Origin: Phoronis australis
Taxonomy: Eukaryota; Animalia; Phoronida
Length of the DNA: 64,000 bases
NCBI GenBank assembly: GCA_002633005.1
Contig: NMRA01000415.1
Span: 343,556 to 407,555 of the forward strand
Direction of reading: 5' to 3'
Positions 40,301 through 51,759 of this stretch are shown piece by piece; positions within the stretch are counted from its first letter, which is position 1; every line of letters starts with the position of its first letter. Below the pieces are notes generated by a model. That model searched no databases, had not been told where the DNA came from, and saw nothing but the letters and a program-made list of their open reading frames with translations. Both the position numbers and the translations under genes were made by a program.

Positions 40301-41221
40301 TGTCCATTATCTAATTGTGTTTGTTATAGCGGAAACGCAGCACATTGCAATGTCTTGCTTGTCTGTTCTTCGGTCGATGGTCTCAAAACTTCATTGGCTG
40401 TCAGTATCCAATGCACTCAATGTCACTTTCTACACTGGACAACACCAGATTATATTGTTCAAAATTAGCAGGTTTTTTAAGACATCTTCCTGGGGAAGCC
40501 TTATACATGTAACACCAGATCCCCCAACCGCCTCCGATTTCAATCTTGGGAATCCTGCATGAGGTTTCACTGGGCTGCCACCAGGTGGGGCAAATTAATA
40601 TAAAACTGTCAAAATTTCTTCAACCTACGTGAAAATACCCCGAGGTACCAACTTCCTAAAAGGAAATTTTAGACCGGCATAAACCACGTAGTAATTTTTT
40701 GATATTGGGTCGTGATTGTTCAGAATCTCAATCTACGTCAAACTTTACTATACATCAGCAGCTTTGAAAACTGTTTGCTCATAAGTAATCAAAAGTGTAC
40801 TGAATAAATCGACTAACTTAGGTTAAGAAACTCACAGGTGACCACAATAATTCTAGAATTTGTTTATCATGGCAACTCAATATGAAACCTGAAGGTAAGA
40901 AAGGAATGCATTTCCTATTTACTGCCGGTTGTTAACTTGCAAGACTTTATGAAATCCACAATTCACAAAACGGTGTTAGGCAGTCCTCAAGGAGACTCTT
41001 TAACTGTATCTAGAAGGGATTGGGCTGCAGATCTTGTGTTACACAGGCAATCTAGGAGGCACACATTGTGCAGACTATCTGGCTTTGTTTCTATTCAGTT
41101 GTAGTTGATAATAAGAAGGTAATTGCAAATTTTGGTTGAGACTGAAATCTCATGTACTTGTTTCATCTTTTATTTACTTGTGTCTCCTTAGCTGACACTG
41201 AATTACAGAAACCTAGAAGTC

Positions 41222-41303
41222 ATGAAGTGCGTGGTGGTATTCTTTGTATTGATGCTGGCTGTGGGCTGCCTCCAGGCGCTGCCGGTAGATGCCGAAGACG
41301 AAG
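41222..41303 (+). CDS. CS-alpha-beta defensin-like precursor, coding exon 1: MKCVVVFFVLMLAVGCLQA-LPVDAEDE(D)
   Basis: Acceptor CTCCTTAG| at 41191, ATG at 41222, signal peptide plus acidic propiece, donor G|GTGAGA (phase 1). Candidate upstream non-coding exon donors at 40894 and 41118. Confidence 0.88.
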
Positions 41304-41607
41304 GTGAGAACAATAACTGTCAGTGCCATGGGCCGAGTTCCGCACGAATTTAACAGGTTCAGCTAAAGTGATCACGCGCAGTGCTTGCATTGCGTGGCGA
41401 TGTCGCGTGGAATCTTGCGTTTCAGCGAAGCTCTTTATGTATTTGAAGCTCACGTCTGGTCAAGCACGTGGAGTGGATTGAAAATCTCAGCACTAGCAGA
41501 TTATAGACAACAGATTCTCAGCTCTGGCATTTTCTTGCGTATTATCCTAGAGGAGGAGCCACTCTTCTAAATTACCTTACTTCATTTTCCGGTTAGTGTA
41601 TTGTGAC

Positions 41608-41618
41608 GGGAAATTTCC
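41608..41618 (+). promoter_or_regulatory. NF-kB/Rel-like site GGGAAATTTCC in the defensin intron
   Basis: Matches the kB consensus; a second kB-like site (AAAATTCCCC) lies at 42071. Motif match only. Confidence 0.35.
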
Positions 41619-44600
41619 GTTTCTATTTTACTGTCTAGTGAAATGTAAAAAATGGAATTGCAGCACTGTTTAAATGTCACAGTATTCTGTGATCACTCAA
41701 GCACCGAAGGTCCTCTTCATTCCACGTTGTGGTCAATTTCCTGTAGATTGCGTATTCGGAGTCGTCCACCTGGCTATTGTTTAAGTAAGAGGTAAATCAC
41801 ACAAGGCAAACACTGGTGAATAATGGGTACACCAGTGCTTTTGTAGACTTCCAAAGTAAGCGATACATGTCCAGAATTAATTGTAAAGTCCCTGCATGTC
41901 GGACCGGTGTGACAAAAATTTACTTTTAAAAATCTCTTGTACATTGATTACGCATCATCAAGAAAATCCTTACCAGAACGATCATTACCTCAATATAATT
42001 ATTTATTATAGGATTAGGAAGTTCTGCGACTTAACTTGGTCATAAAAAATAAATGTACATTTCTAAAGCAAAAATTCCCCCTGTTGACCAGTGTAATGTC
42101 TTTGTTCAAACGTCAAACAATGTTACATTGGTCAAACAGTTAGCAGTTTTTCCCGTTGGTTATCTACTGTGTGCATCTTCAAAATGGTGCCAGTCAAGAT
42201 CATTTTCTGCAAGGTCACGAACGTAAGATCACCCGTCAAGAAATAGTGGAAAACACTTCAAATTGGTACGTAGAGCACTATGTGCTGTTATTGAAAGTAA
42301 TGGAAGTCCTTTTGATTGCATTTGAGAATTCTGTTTTGAATGAGCAGCAAACAGGGTCATACCCCACGTTACACTTGATTGCGTGACTTTCCTGTTAACC
42401 CCTTCCATCAATGTGTCATTCTTTGCAGTATTTCACCCCTGCCGTGTCCCACTGTGTAGATCTCCTGCTCATGCTCTGTGGTGGTTTTACTGCGTTAGTT
42501 TATTTCCACTTTCCAAGTTTGTCTCGAAATATCGTGTACGCTTTAGTCATGTCTCTTGGTCAGTTACTTCATCAATGTTCCGTTGAGTGTAGAGTTTTAT
42601 CCTCAAGTACAGCCAATCTGCATACACTGCATATACTTCATGGCATTTGAAATAAGATATGATTACGCCACAAGGCCCGTGTTATAAGCAATCACGGTGG
42701 CGTCAATAAAAGTATGAATGACGTGATCCTAAAATGTTCCTCAGGGTCAGACCCTGGAGTTTGGTTATTCCACATGAACTCTCACGAAGCAGGTCGTTGA
42801 ATATTGATTTTACATCTTTGGTCATTTTTCAGACCATTGTCGGATTTCTCCTCCAGTGTACTGAGTGTTATAGACGATTGCCTGAATGTTCCTACATTAC
42901 AAGGTTCATCGAGAACTGTTTGCATTACTTAGGCAGGGTATCGGTCAATGTTATATTCTGTATTATTACCACTGGATACTTTCCCAGTAAGGCAGCATCC
43001 TTGCGTCGGTAGGCTGTTAAGAGGCACCTGCAATGGGTTATTTCTTGAGAAACTTTTCCTGATCAAGGCTTATTTCTTGTTTTATGGCCTTGAAAGGTGC
43101 TCCTTGGGATGAAATCAAAAATAAAATGTCTCACTCGGAAAACTTATTTTATTATTGCCATTATGTCTTTCAGAAGCTGCAAAGACTTATTTTTTGGTGG
43201 AAGCTCAGCATTTTCCAAAAATGAGGCCTGCCATTCTTAAGACCTTTACCTTCCAAGCGAAAAACAGTCAGTCACTTTTTAATCTAGGATTTTCTAAGAC
43301 CAAAATTGTGGACCCTAAGCGTTGCATGTCGATATACCTCTCGAGAGCAGAGAAGGTTCCAAGTATTTGAATGCCAACAGTTTGTTTTTGTCATCTGCAT
43401 TTAGGAACAAAATAAGTAGTTAAACACCATTGGACTGGCATATATGTACATGTATGAATTCAATCCTACTGTAAGTTTGATCCAAGTCGTATTATAATAC
43501 GCTTCACTCGTAGTACTGGCCCTTTGTGTGCTTTCTCAAAGGGCGTGCTTACATGTACTTAGCCGCTTGGTTTTTGGTGACTGGTATTCAAAGTTCACCT
43601 TACTTAAACACTTTTTGCAAGCAGTAAGTGAGAATTTTTGGCATTTAGTTTGTGTAATTTTCCCGTTGTGAATGCGTTGCTGCACCTTCTTGTGAGGGTT
43701 ATTGTCCAGGAGATAAGTTTTTCATACAGTTTTATTCACTTATGAACACTAATCTTGGTCTCAGGTTTATCTTTCATTCTGACTGGTGATTTTGACATTT
43801 GAACCCAGTCTGAATATACACGTAGACCTATATTTGTTGTGTACATGTATGTGTTTTCTGAAACGTACACCCACATCCTCCTCAGCTTTTAATCAAGTTT
43901 ATACATAAACTGTAGCTAACTATAAGGTATTATATAGGCCATAAAATTGACCAATCTGTTATCAAATTGTACTGTTATAAGTATATATTTACCTTGTAGT
44001 TACCAATTCCCTAACTCCATGCCCTTGAACATTCAGTGCCCGGGTTGGTTTCACAAAATGGGGGAACCAATAACCCCATGCTGTCCTAGCTTAAATGGGT
44101 TCATGTTGGTTAGATTGGCGAACAAATAGTTCAAAGAGGTACTTTTCGGTGACTGAAAGAACTGCGGGCTTAAGACGGAATGAAAATAAATAATTTTAAG
44201 GAAAGTAAATTCTCACAAAGTTACAATTTGATGACAAATTGACCAACTATCACTAACAGTCTATATTGGCTGATACATCGCCTGGTCAAAATGGAAATCT
44301 TTAAAGCCATCTTCAAATAAAGCTAATATAGTAATCCTAATCTCTAAGGTAAAAATATTACTTATTGCCGATATCCCGACCATAGAAACAGGAAGTGTTC
44401 ACTGGTGTAATTTCACGACTCGATTAATCTGAGCAGTAACAAAAATCAAACCAATCGACTAACTACTTATCAAACCGGAGGACCCAAGGTAATTGCCAGT
44501 TTACTTAGTAGAGCTCACGGTAAATCAGCTTGATTTCAACATCGAAATTCAAAAGTGACACGGTATATTTATCAAATTGAAATCGTAAGGTATCTGCCGA

Positions 44601-45177
44601 TTACACGCGGTACACAGTTTACTATCTTATTTTTGTGATGTTACAATCAAAGCGTTCAACCCACCAATACTTCGGTTTCATCTACGGACACCAAGAATCG
44701 AATACAGCGTGACGGTACCAGCCATTGCTAGTTACAATGCCATACCGGAGAGAACGCACAACATATCCTACCCAATCCAGCTTATTGACTTACCCCACCT
44801 AACCAGTCTGCAAAATAAACTGCTGAATGGTCTACACCAGAAGACGAAGAGATTACAGAAAGGGTTACGTTTCAAAACGTATTTTAAGATAAGTGTTCAA
44901 AATGTTCTTCATTAATGAAGTCGTGCATGGACTTTTTCTAATTAGGCTCCACGTGCCTTAGTCTTTCCGTCCCCGAACAACCCCCCATAACACGCTTCTT
45001 CTCCAACACTTGTTATGCAACAACAGGGGTTATGTTTCCGTCACCTTATACCTTTTTCTCGTGTCATTAGAACGTCTACCTCTCCCCAGACCCCGGCCAC
45101 GATTACAGTCACTTTAACCTTTAGAATTGTGGGTCGTACAACTATATTTTACAAGTGCATAGTGTCCTCTATTTCAG

Positions 45178-45290
45178 ATGCACTGCAAAGATCCCGCAGA
45201 TGCTCAGCTACGAATTGCTTACTTTCATGCGTATTTTCGGGCAAGGGTGGTGGTCTTTGCCGAGGGTCTACTTGTAAGTGCCAAGCGTAG
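45178..45290 (+). CDS. CS-alpha-beta defensin-like precursor, coding exon 2: (D)ALQRSRR-CSATNCLLSCVFSGKGGGLCRGSTCKCQA*
   Basis: Acceptor CTATTTCAG| in phase 1, compatible with the 41303 donor. Furin-type RSRR site, then C-x4-C-x3-C-x9-C-x4-C-x-C with GxC. The TAG is immediately followed by GTAAGT. Confidence 0.92.
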
Positions 45291-47509
45291 GTAAGTACAT
45301 GTAGAAAATTTTACAAATTCAATTCGAATGGTATAATGTTGTTTTGGTCTGCGACTAACGTTTTATGAAAACTGCGCCTCATTGTTTAAAGAAGAAAGGA
45401 GCCCATTTGGCAATTGTGTTCCAAAAGCTACACAAACGTATGTAACAACATTTTGTGGTAACATAATTATATAAAATCACCACCTTCTTAGTTGCGAGTG
45501 GTTTGCTTCTGGGTTGTGACCAACTGCATACACTCCCCGAGAATGTGGAATCGTCCCCTATCGATCGGATCGGTCATTGAATTGTCGGGGCTGGAAAAAT
45601 CATGTATCACTTTAGCGTACATGTATAGCATGTGACTTCTAAAATATATACTTTCATGCATGCCGTATCAATTCTCAAAAACATCGGCCAGGACCTATTA
45701 TGACTTTTAGTCTAACCAAGAACCTTTTAAAATTTTATCTTACGACAGAAAGGTTTGTTTTCTACTTTTCGAATAATGGATCGAGTTCAATGATGTTGGG
45801 ACCTCCCTGTAAAACCGCTACTGCACGAGATTACGCAAGATATTGCCGCTTATTTTAAATGAAAACGCGTAATTTTGGCTAGATCGTTCCTGCCACAAGA
45901 CAGGCATTGACTTATCCTTGTATGATACCACGTAACGTGTGGTGCAGAAACTAGTCGAAGCTTATTGAACAGGAAGGCAACGATTGCAAGATGATGATAA
46001 AAGATTATTCGGGAACAATGAACGGTTGCCTCTGTGAAACTGACCCAAGATGGAACTCAACTAAGGTTCCTGAATTTACTGCAGAGTTGTAGACTTGTGG
46101 AAACATTGATTTCCCGTTTTAGTTTTGTTACTAGGTCAAATTGGGAGCGAACTCTACGTTTAATTATCCAATAAAAAATATTGAACACAAATAGTGATCG
46201 CCCTTAATTTTAGGACAAAATCTCTACTGCACCAAAGGTTCAGTTATTAGTTATATTACTAGAGTTTGTGCTAACGTAAAGGCGATCCTGTAAGATGGCA
46301 GAATGAAATTACACTTCTGTGAGTTGTGCCCAACACAAATCCTCAGACGATTTAGAGATCTTAGTTGATTTACATAGTTCCCAGTCTCTGTATGGGACGA
46401 GTTTGAATTTGCGAATTAAATACCCTGGGTCCAGGAATTGTGATTAAGTTAACTTGCCATTTTTAAGAAATATTAGTTCATCAATTTAAACGTTAGCGTA
46501 ATTAAAAAGATTGGGACATTTGAAACGGCGGTGATTACAGGACACATATCCAGTTGAAGAAATAGGTGAAAAAGTATGATCTTCTGGAACATTCTGCGAA
46601 AGTATTAGCCCGACGTGGTAAAGCCGAGTTGCTCCTTCTGCTGGGCATTGTTCAATATCTAGTTTGCGCGAAGATTTCGTCGCCCTCTCCCAGTGTTCAG
46701 AGACTACAGCTGCATGTCACTGGAGCACAGGTGAAATATCTCAAGTCTGACTTCTGCTTTTCATTCATACAGGCGCTATTGCAGTTTTTGTCTTTGAAAA
46801 TCGGTAGAGGACGACGAACCTTGCGCGTTAACCAGTCAGTCATCAATAGAAGCAGCGAGGCGACTCAGTTACGTAGGGAAAATTATTTTGCAGTATGTTC
46901 GAAAGGCTGAAAACTTACGATTTGTACCCATTGGGAAATTTTCAGGCTGTTGTCGGAAATCTATCCTTCGAACTAAAACTGCTCGTTCATGTATAATTTG
47001 TATTTTGAGGTTTTTCACTCTACTGTTGTACCTCAATCTGCACAACACAAGCGTCTTTCATTTTGTGCCCTAGTTTATAACGACTGTAATTACATAACTA
47101 CCGCTTTGGACTTCATTTTCAGGGAATTGGTTGGTCAAGGGCAAGGTCGACTTTTGGAATATACGCAGTTAAACAAATGTACTGGCAACCAAATGAAGTC
47201 AAAATAAAAATACGTCAAACCACTTTCATTTGTCTCATTATTGCTGCTCTTCTTGCTCCAGTGGATGTCGATAGCTGCGAAGCAGAAGTTGCGTGTAATT
47301 CATTAAATCGTTCTGATATTTCAAAACCTTGACGTAAGCTGCCAGCTCAACTATCACTTGCAAAAAACCTTACCCTCTTTGCTGAAAACTTAAGTTTTTG
47401 GCGGAAAATCTCAATTTTTTTACAAAACTTCCATTTTTAGAAGAAACTTAAAACAGCTTATTATTTAAAATGACTTATTCTTACTAAAATGACATAGGCA
47501 GAAATTTGA

Positions 47510-47850
47510 ATTTTGGGCCTCTAAAGCGAGGCCCCTTATATAATCCAGAGGGCCTCGCCGAAAGGCGGCCGGAGAGCGAGGTTACCTATATTAATATAGA
47601 GGGCCTCGCCAAAAGGTGGTCCAAAAGTGGGGTCACCTCGCTCTCCGGCTGCCTTTTGGCTGGGCTGACTATATTAGTAAAGACGGCTCCGCTTTTTGAC
47701 GACCTTTCGGCGAGGTTATCAATAATAATATAAGTGGGCCTCGCCGAAAGGCGGCCAGAGATTGGGGTCCTCCATAATAATATAGGGCTCCCGCCGAAAG
47801 GCAGCCTATGAGCGAGGTCGATCATATTAATATAGGCTGCACCGCCAGAA
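47510..47850. repeat. ~50-bp modular repeat in mixed orientation (GC-rich hairpin module plus palindromic AT spacer)
   Basis: GGGCCTCGCCGAAAGGCGGCCGGAGAGCGAGGT units separated by CTATATTAATATAG-like spacers; the copies at 47635-47720 are inverted. Confidence 0.8.
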
Positions 47851-48069
47851 GTGAGACTTCACATGAAAAAATTCATGTTATTTCCTATTCCTGTTGTGGC
47901 ACCCCAGCACTATTGAAAAATGACGAAAATGCATCAGAGACGCCATTTTGATAACGACATCTTGTTGCGCAGCACTCGATAATAGCATTATACAAAAAAT
48001 ACCAGAGGAAACATTTCGAAGCAATTGGGCACCGCACACGGCGTGCTTCTCGCGATGTCTATTTGTACA

Positions 48070-48560
48070 ATAAAAATGGCCACCAGAAGGTGCAAAATAT
48101 GTCAAGTATTCGAAAACAGAAACATATCATCGTTTCTTTAATAGACCTGTTTCCATAAAAATCTGTCAAGAAACTTCAGAGAAACAAAGGCAAACCGAAA
48201 AAATGGACTGACCACTTAAGGGGGAAATGCACCTGAAAATTGTCTACGTCTGCTCTCAACTTGATGTGAATACACTTGCTAGATCCTGCAGTAGGTTTAG
48301 AACATACAGCTACAGGCGCAAAAAGCTGCCGCTAGGAGGTGCCAAGTAGTTAGTTTTCATCCTAAACCGTATTCTTTATACATACCAATTTTCACAATCC
48401 TCCATAGAATGGTTTGGTTGACAGAGTAGGGGATGCCAAAACGATCAATTGCAAAAAACGTAAATGGCCACTAGGTGGCGCAAAATGCATCAAATAATTC
48501 CGAAAACAGGAAGATAGCATCATGTAACCAATAAACTGCCACTAGGAGGTGCCACAGTTG
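48070..48560 (+). repeat. Diverged repeat carrying four CTCF-like motifs
   Basis: CCACCAGAAGGTGC (48080), CCGCTAGGAGGTGC (48329), CCACTAGGTGGCGC (48468), CCACTAGGAGGTGC (48539). Confidence 0.55.
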
Positions 48561-49649
48561 CCAGAGTAATCAGAAAATCATAGTCAGGCTTTCTCTTCAT
48601 AGAGCACACAAGTTTTTAAAAACCTCAAAATCAAATTTTTAGTGATAAATATCAAGTTAAACTGATTTCATGGCTCTATTAGACTTTCCAGCCTTCCAAT
48701 GTAGAGTATCTGTGGATCGTTTTAGGCTAGTGCCATCTTGAGGCATGAAATGAGACTGATAGGAGTTCTACCCCTGACAAGGCAACAAATAAACAAAAGA
48801 TCTAATCATATAACTTCTCAGCAGTTCAACTGCAAAGTTGTGTGGATGCACTGGAATTAAGCTGTTGTTAAATGCACAAACTCCGTCTCCCACACGCCCA
48901 CTGCGGACCTTCGTTGCGCCCGTTTCGGAACCGCCTTGGTCCCAGGTATTGAACCGGCCCCTATTTGGATTCGAGGTGTTCTATTTTTTTCTCGTTGGCC
49001 ATTTTTTGCAGACTCAGAGGGAGGTTGGCCAGTTTTGTACTGGCCTTCGTGACGTCAGTCCGTCAGCTCAACGGCCTGGGTGACAGTCCGTCGGCTTAAT
49101 TTCACCCCCTTCGGATTTTGTCGCGTATGTAATTCATCGGGACTGTCGCTGCCATAATCAATGATGCCTCATTAAAAAAATTACTCTTCCTTGAGTAAAC
49201 TAAATTATTTACCAGGGTGTTGGAAAATTGGCGTTCTTCAATTATTCTGATGCTAAAATTGCGATACGCCCTTGGGTCACCTATTGGCCAATTTCCATGT
49301 TCTTCAATCGACTGTGAGGTTGCATACATGTACATGTAATAACATTGGAAGTGGTTTCATGTCGTTACAAGTTTTTACTATTTTAATACAATAAAACCAA
49401 TTTCAGAACAAACTCTCGACAGATATCGCAAAATTTTAGGAAATGGTGTGTACGTGCGCGTGTCACGAGTATGCACTGTTTTCAAAACGACGACAGATTT
49501 TCCTCTATTAAAAAAGGCGGAGCATAAATGTACATAGGGCCTACTGAGGTAGAAAGCCAGTTAGCTGTATGAATACTATAGACCCTATTCACGCCGACAA
49601 GAGGCGCATTCCAAAACGAGGCTCGCTACGATAGCTCTGTTAGCTTATC

Positions 49650-49830
49650 GGCATAGGAGTCTGTGTTTCAGTCCGTGTTGTTCCCCGAACGGCTAAAAAA
49701 AATACGTACACGCTTCACAATCTCTAAAGACGTTTAGATTCGGAAGCGTTGGGTCGTTGCAATACGCCGACGAAGCAAAAGATGTCCGTGTAAAATAAAT
49801 GTTTTCGAAAAGTTAGATCATATTTTGTCG
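49650..49830 (+). mobile_element. Degenerate THAP-domain remnant (ISL2EU/Harbinger- or P-type DNA transposon)
   Basis: Frameshifted reading resembles 'LH.FPKD..IRKRWVVAIRR', followed by a DH-like remnant. Confidence 0.5.
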
Positions 49831-49894
49831 CATCTCGGTCAGTTGTCAAGCATCATAGCAACGACCAGAGAATGGGCCAGCCAGGTTGTATTTT

Positions 49895-50188
49895 CATGAC
49901 TACGGATTTAGGGGGTGGGGCACTAAAATTGTATCAGATCCCATTTTTGAGTTCGGGTGCGAATTGCTGACTAGCACACGTGCGCAACCAGGGGGTCTTG
50001 GGGGTGAATAAACAACGCATAGGCGCTGAATGAACCCCGTTTACCGTTTTTTTTTTAGTCAACAGGTCCGCAAACCCAAGAATTCAAGACCCCTGCACCC
50101 CCAGATTTTAGGCTGGGAGCGCGCATCTGCAGAAATGTTGCGTATTCCTGTGCCTGCCCCCTATTTCAAAATCCTGGATCCGCCCCTG
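49895..50188. mobile_element. hAT-like GC-rich MITE
   Basis: Ends in AAAATCCTGGATCCGCCCCTG; degenerate left arm CGGATTTAGGGGG. Confidence 0.5.
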
Positions 50189-51759
50189 TCACTACGGGTT
50201 GAAACATTATAATTTTTTATTCCAAAAAGGACAGAGCCCTCAATCCCTCAAATTTAGGGCCCAATATCGGCCCTATTCCCCTGTCAAAAATATTGAAATA
50301 TCACGCGAAATTCCCCCACGAGGCATAAAAATTCCCCTAGTGAAAAATCTCTGAGTTAACATAACCTGTAACCACACAGGTGACAATTTTTAAGAGCACA
50401 AAAGGCTACTCTAAAATGAGACAGAGGCTATGAGAGCTTGCAACAGGGCGGGGGTGCTATTGATGGTGATCGGGAGGTAGACTGTTCCCGCCCTCACTCG
50501 GCGAAAAAATCGCCTCTCAGTAGGCACTGGCACATTTCCCCTCGGATGAACGAGGTTCCTGCAGAAACATGATAACTATGATTTCATTGTCCAGTTAACT
50601 GAAATTGAATCTAAAACGAGGTTATGTTTTGGACGAACGAATTAGGTGTTTTAATTTTAAAATTCAACTTGGTCCAAATTGATACTTGAAATCTAACACA
50701 TGAAATAGACGTAAGAATTGTTACAACCAAGAAAGCATAATTGATGGTCAAATAATTTTTATTTTCAATTACGAGTCTGTTTTGTTATTTTAATAAAAAT
50801 ATATTTAATAACATCAATTATTCTTTCAGATCAATGACAAATCAACTGTTAGTCACAGGGAGTGCATAGGATCAGATTATGCTTGATTTTAATATTCTTG
50901 ATCAACAAATTAAACCATATGTGACTAATTGCACAATGACAGCCACCACTGTCGAATATGTCTTCAACTCGTCAACAATACGAGCAGATGACCAGGTCCG
51001 CGTAGAAAGTATTTTGATCAACAATTTACAAGAAAAAAGTAACCTTGCATTCAGCATAATACCTAATTCGTAACACTACGATCGCCGCAATTTGGTCATA
51101 CTTTTCATGTTTCGAACCTAGTTTTCCGAAAAAAATTAAACCCTTTCGTCAGACAACTCTTTGACGCCTTAACATGTTCTCTAATGTAATTTTCTACGTC
51201 TATGTGGTTTAATTGTTGACACATTATTAAAATTCAATATCTAGGTTGGACTCGAAAGACCGGCTATTTAACTCACGCAATGTCTACTTTCGCTTTATTT
51301 ATCGCAGTGAGCCTCGCTTTGGATTTTAATGTCCGCCGTGTGAATAGAGTTCTATGGTCAACCATTGGCAGATTTAGGGGGGAGGGCAGGCCCTCCCCCT
51401 TGGCTGCCGCAAAAAATGTCAAACAGCAAGAGCTTAGGAAAATGTTGAGTTTATTAATTAACCCCGGTAATTAAAGTTGTACGGATGGAACAAGATTTAA
51501 ATGTGTGCAGTTTTAGTGTCGGGGGGGGGGGGGGGGNTTAGGCGACCGGAAATGGCACTACGCATTACGACTCCGTTTCCGTCGTCTGCTCCACTGTGCA
51601 ATGAAGAATGTTATTTCATTTTTAAAAAAAAATGGAAATTGAGTCACAAATAAACTTAAGTTTCATGTTATAACTTGAGTTTTTGCGAAAACGTGACCCT
51701 CATGGCGGGAAGGTTTATTTTCTGACTCGAGCTTCAATACGATCAAAAATGGTTGGAAT

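Noticed and set aside
46566-46910. 114-aa ORF downstream of the defensin exon
   Set aside because: GTG start, no recognisable motif and no consistent splice structure.
51280-51474. ATG ORF with a hydrophobic start (MSTFALFIAVSLAL)
   Set aside because: It runs into a GC-rich MITE-like end and has no supporting exon or motif evidence.
51520-51537. Poly-G run ending in N (possible G-quadruplex)
   Set aside because: It coincides with an ambiguous base, so its length is unreliable; likely a sequencing break inside a MITE.
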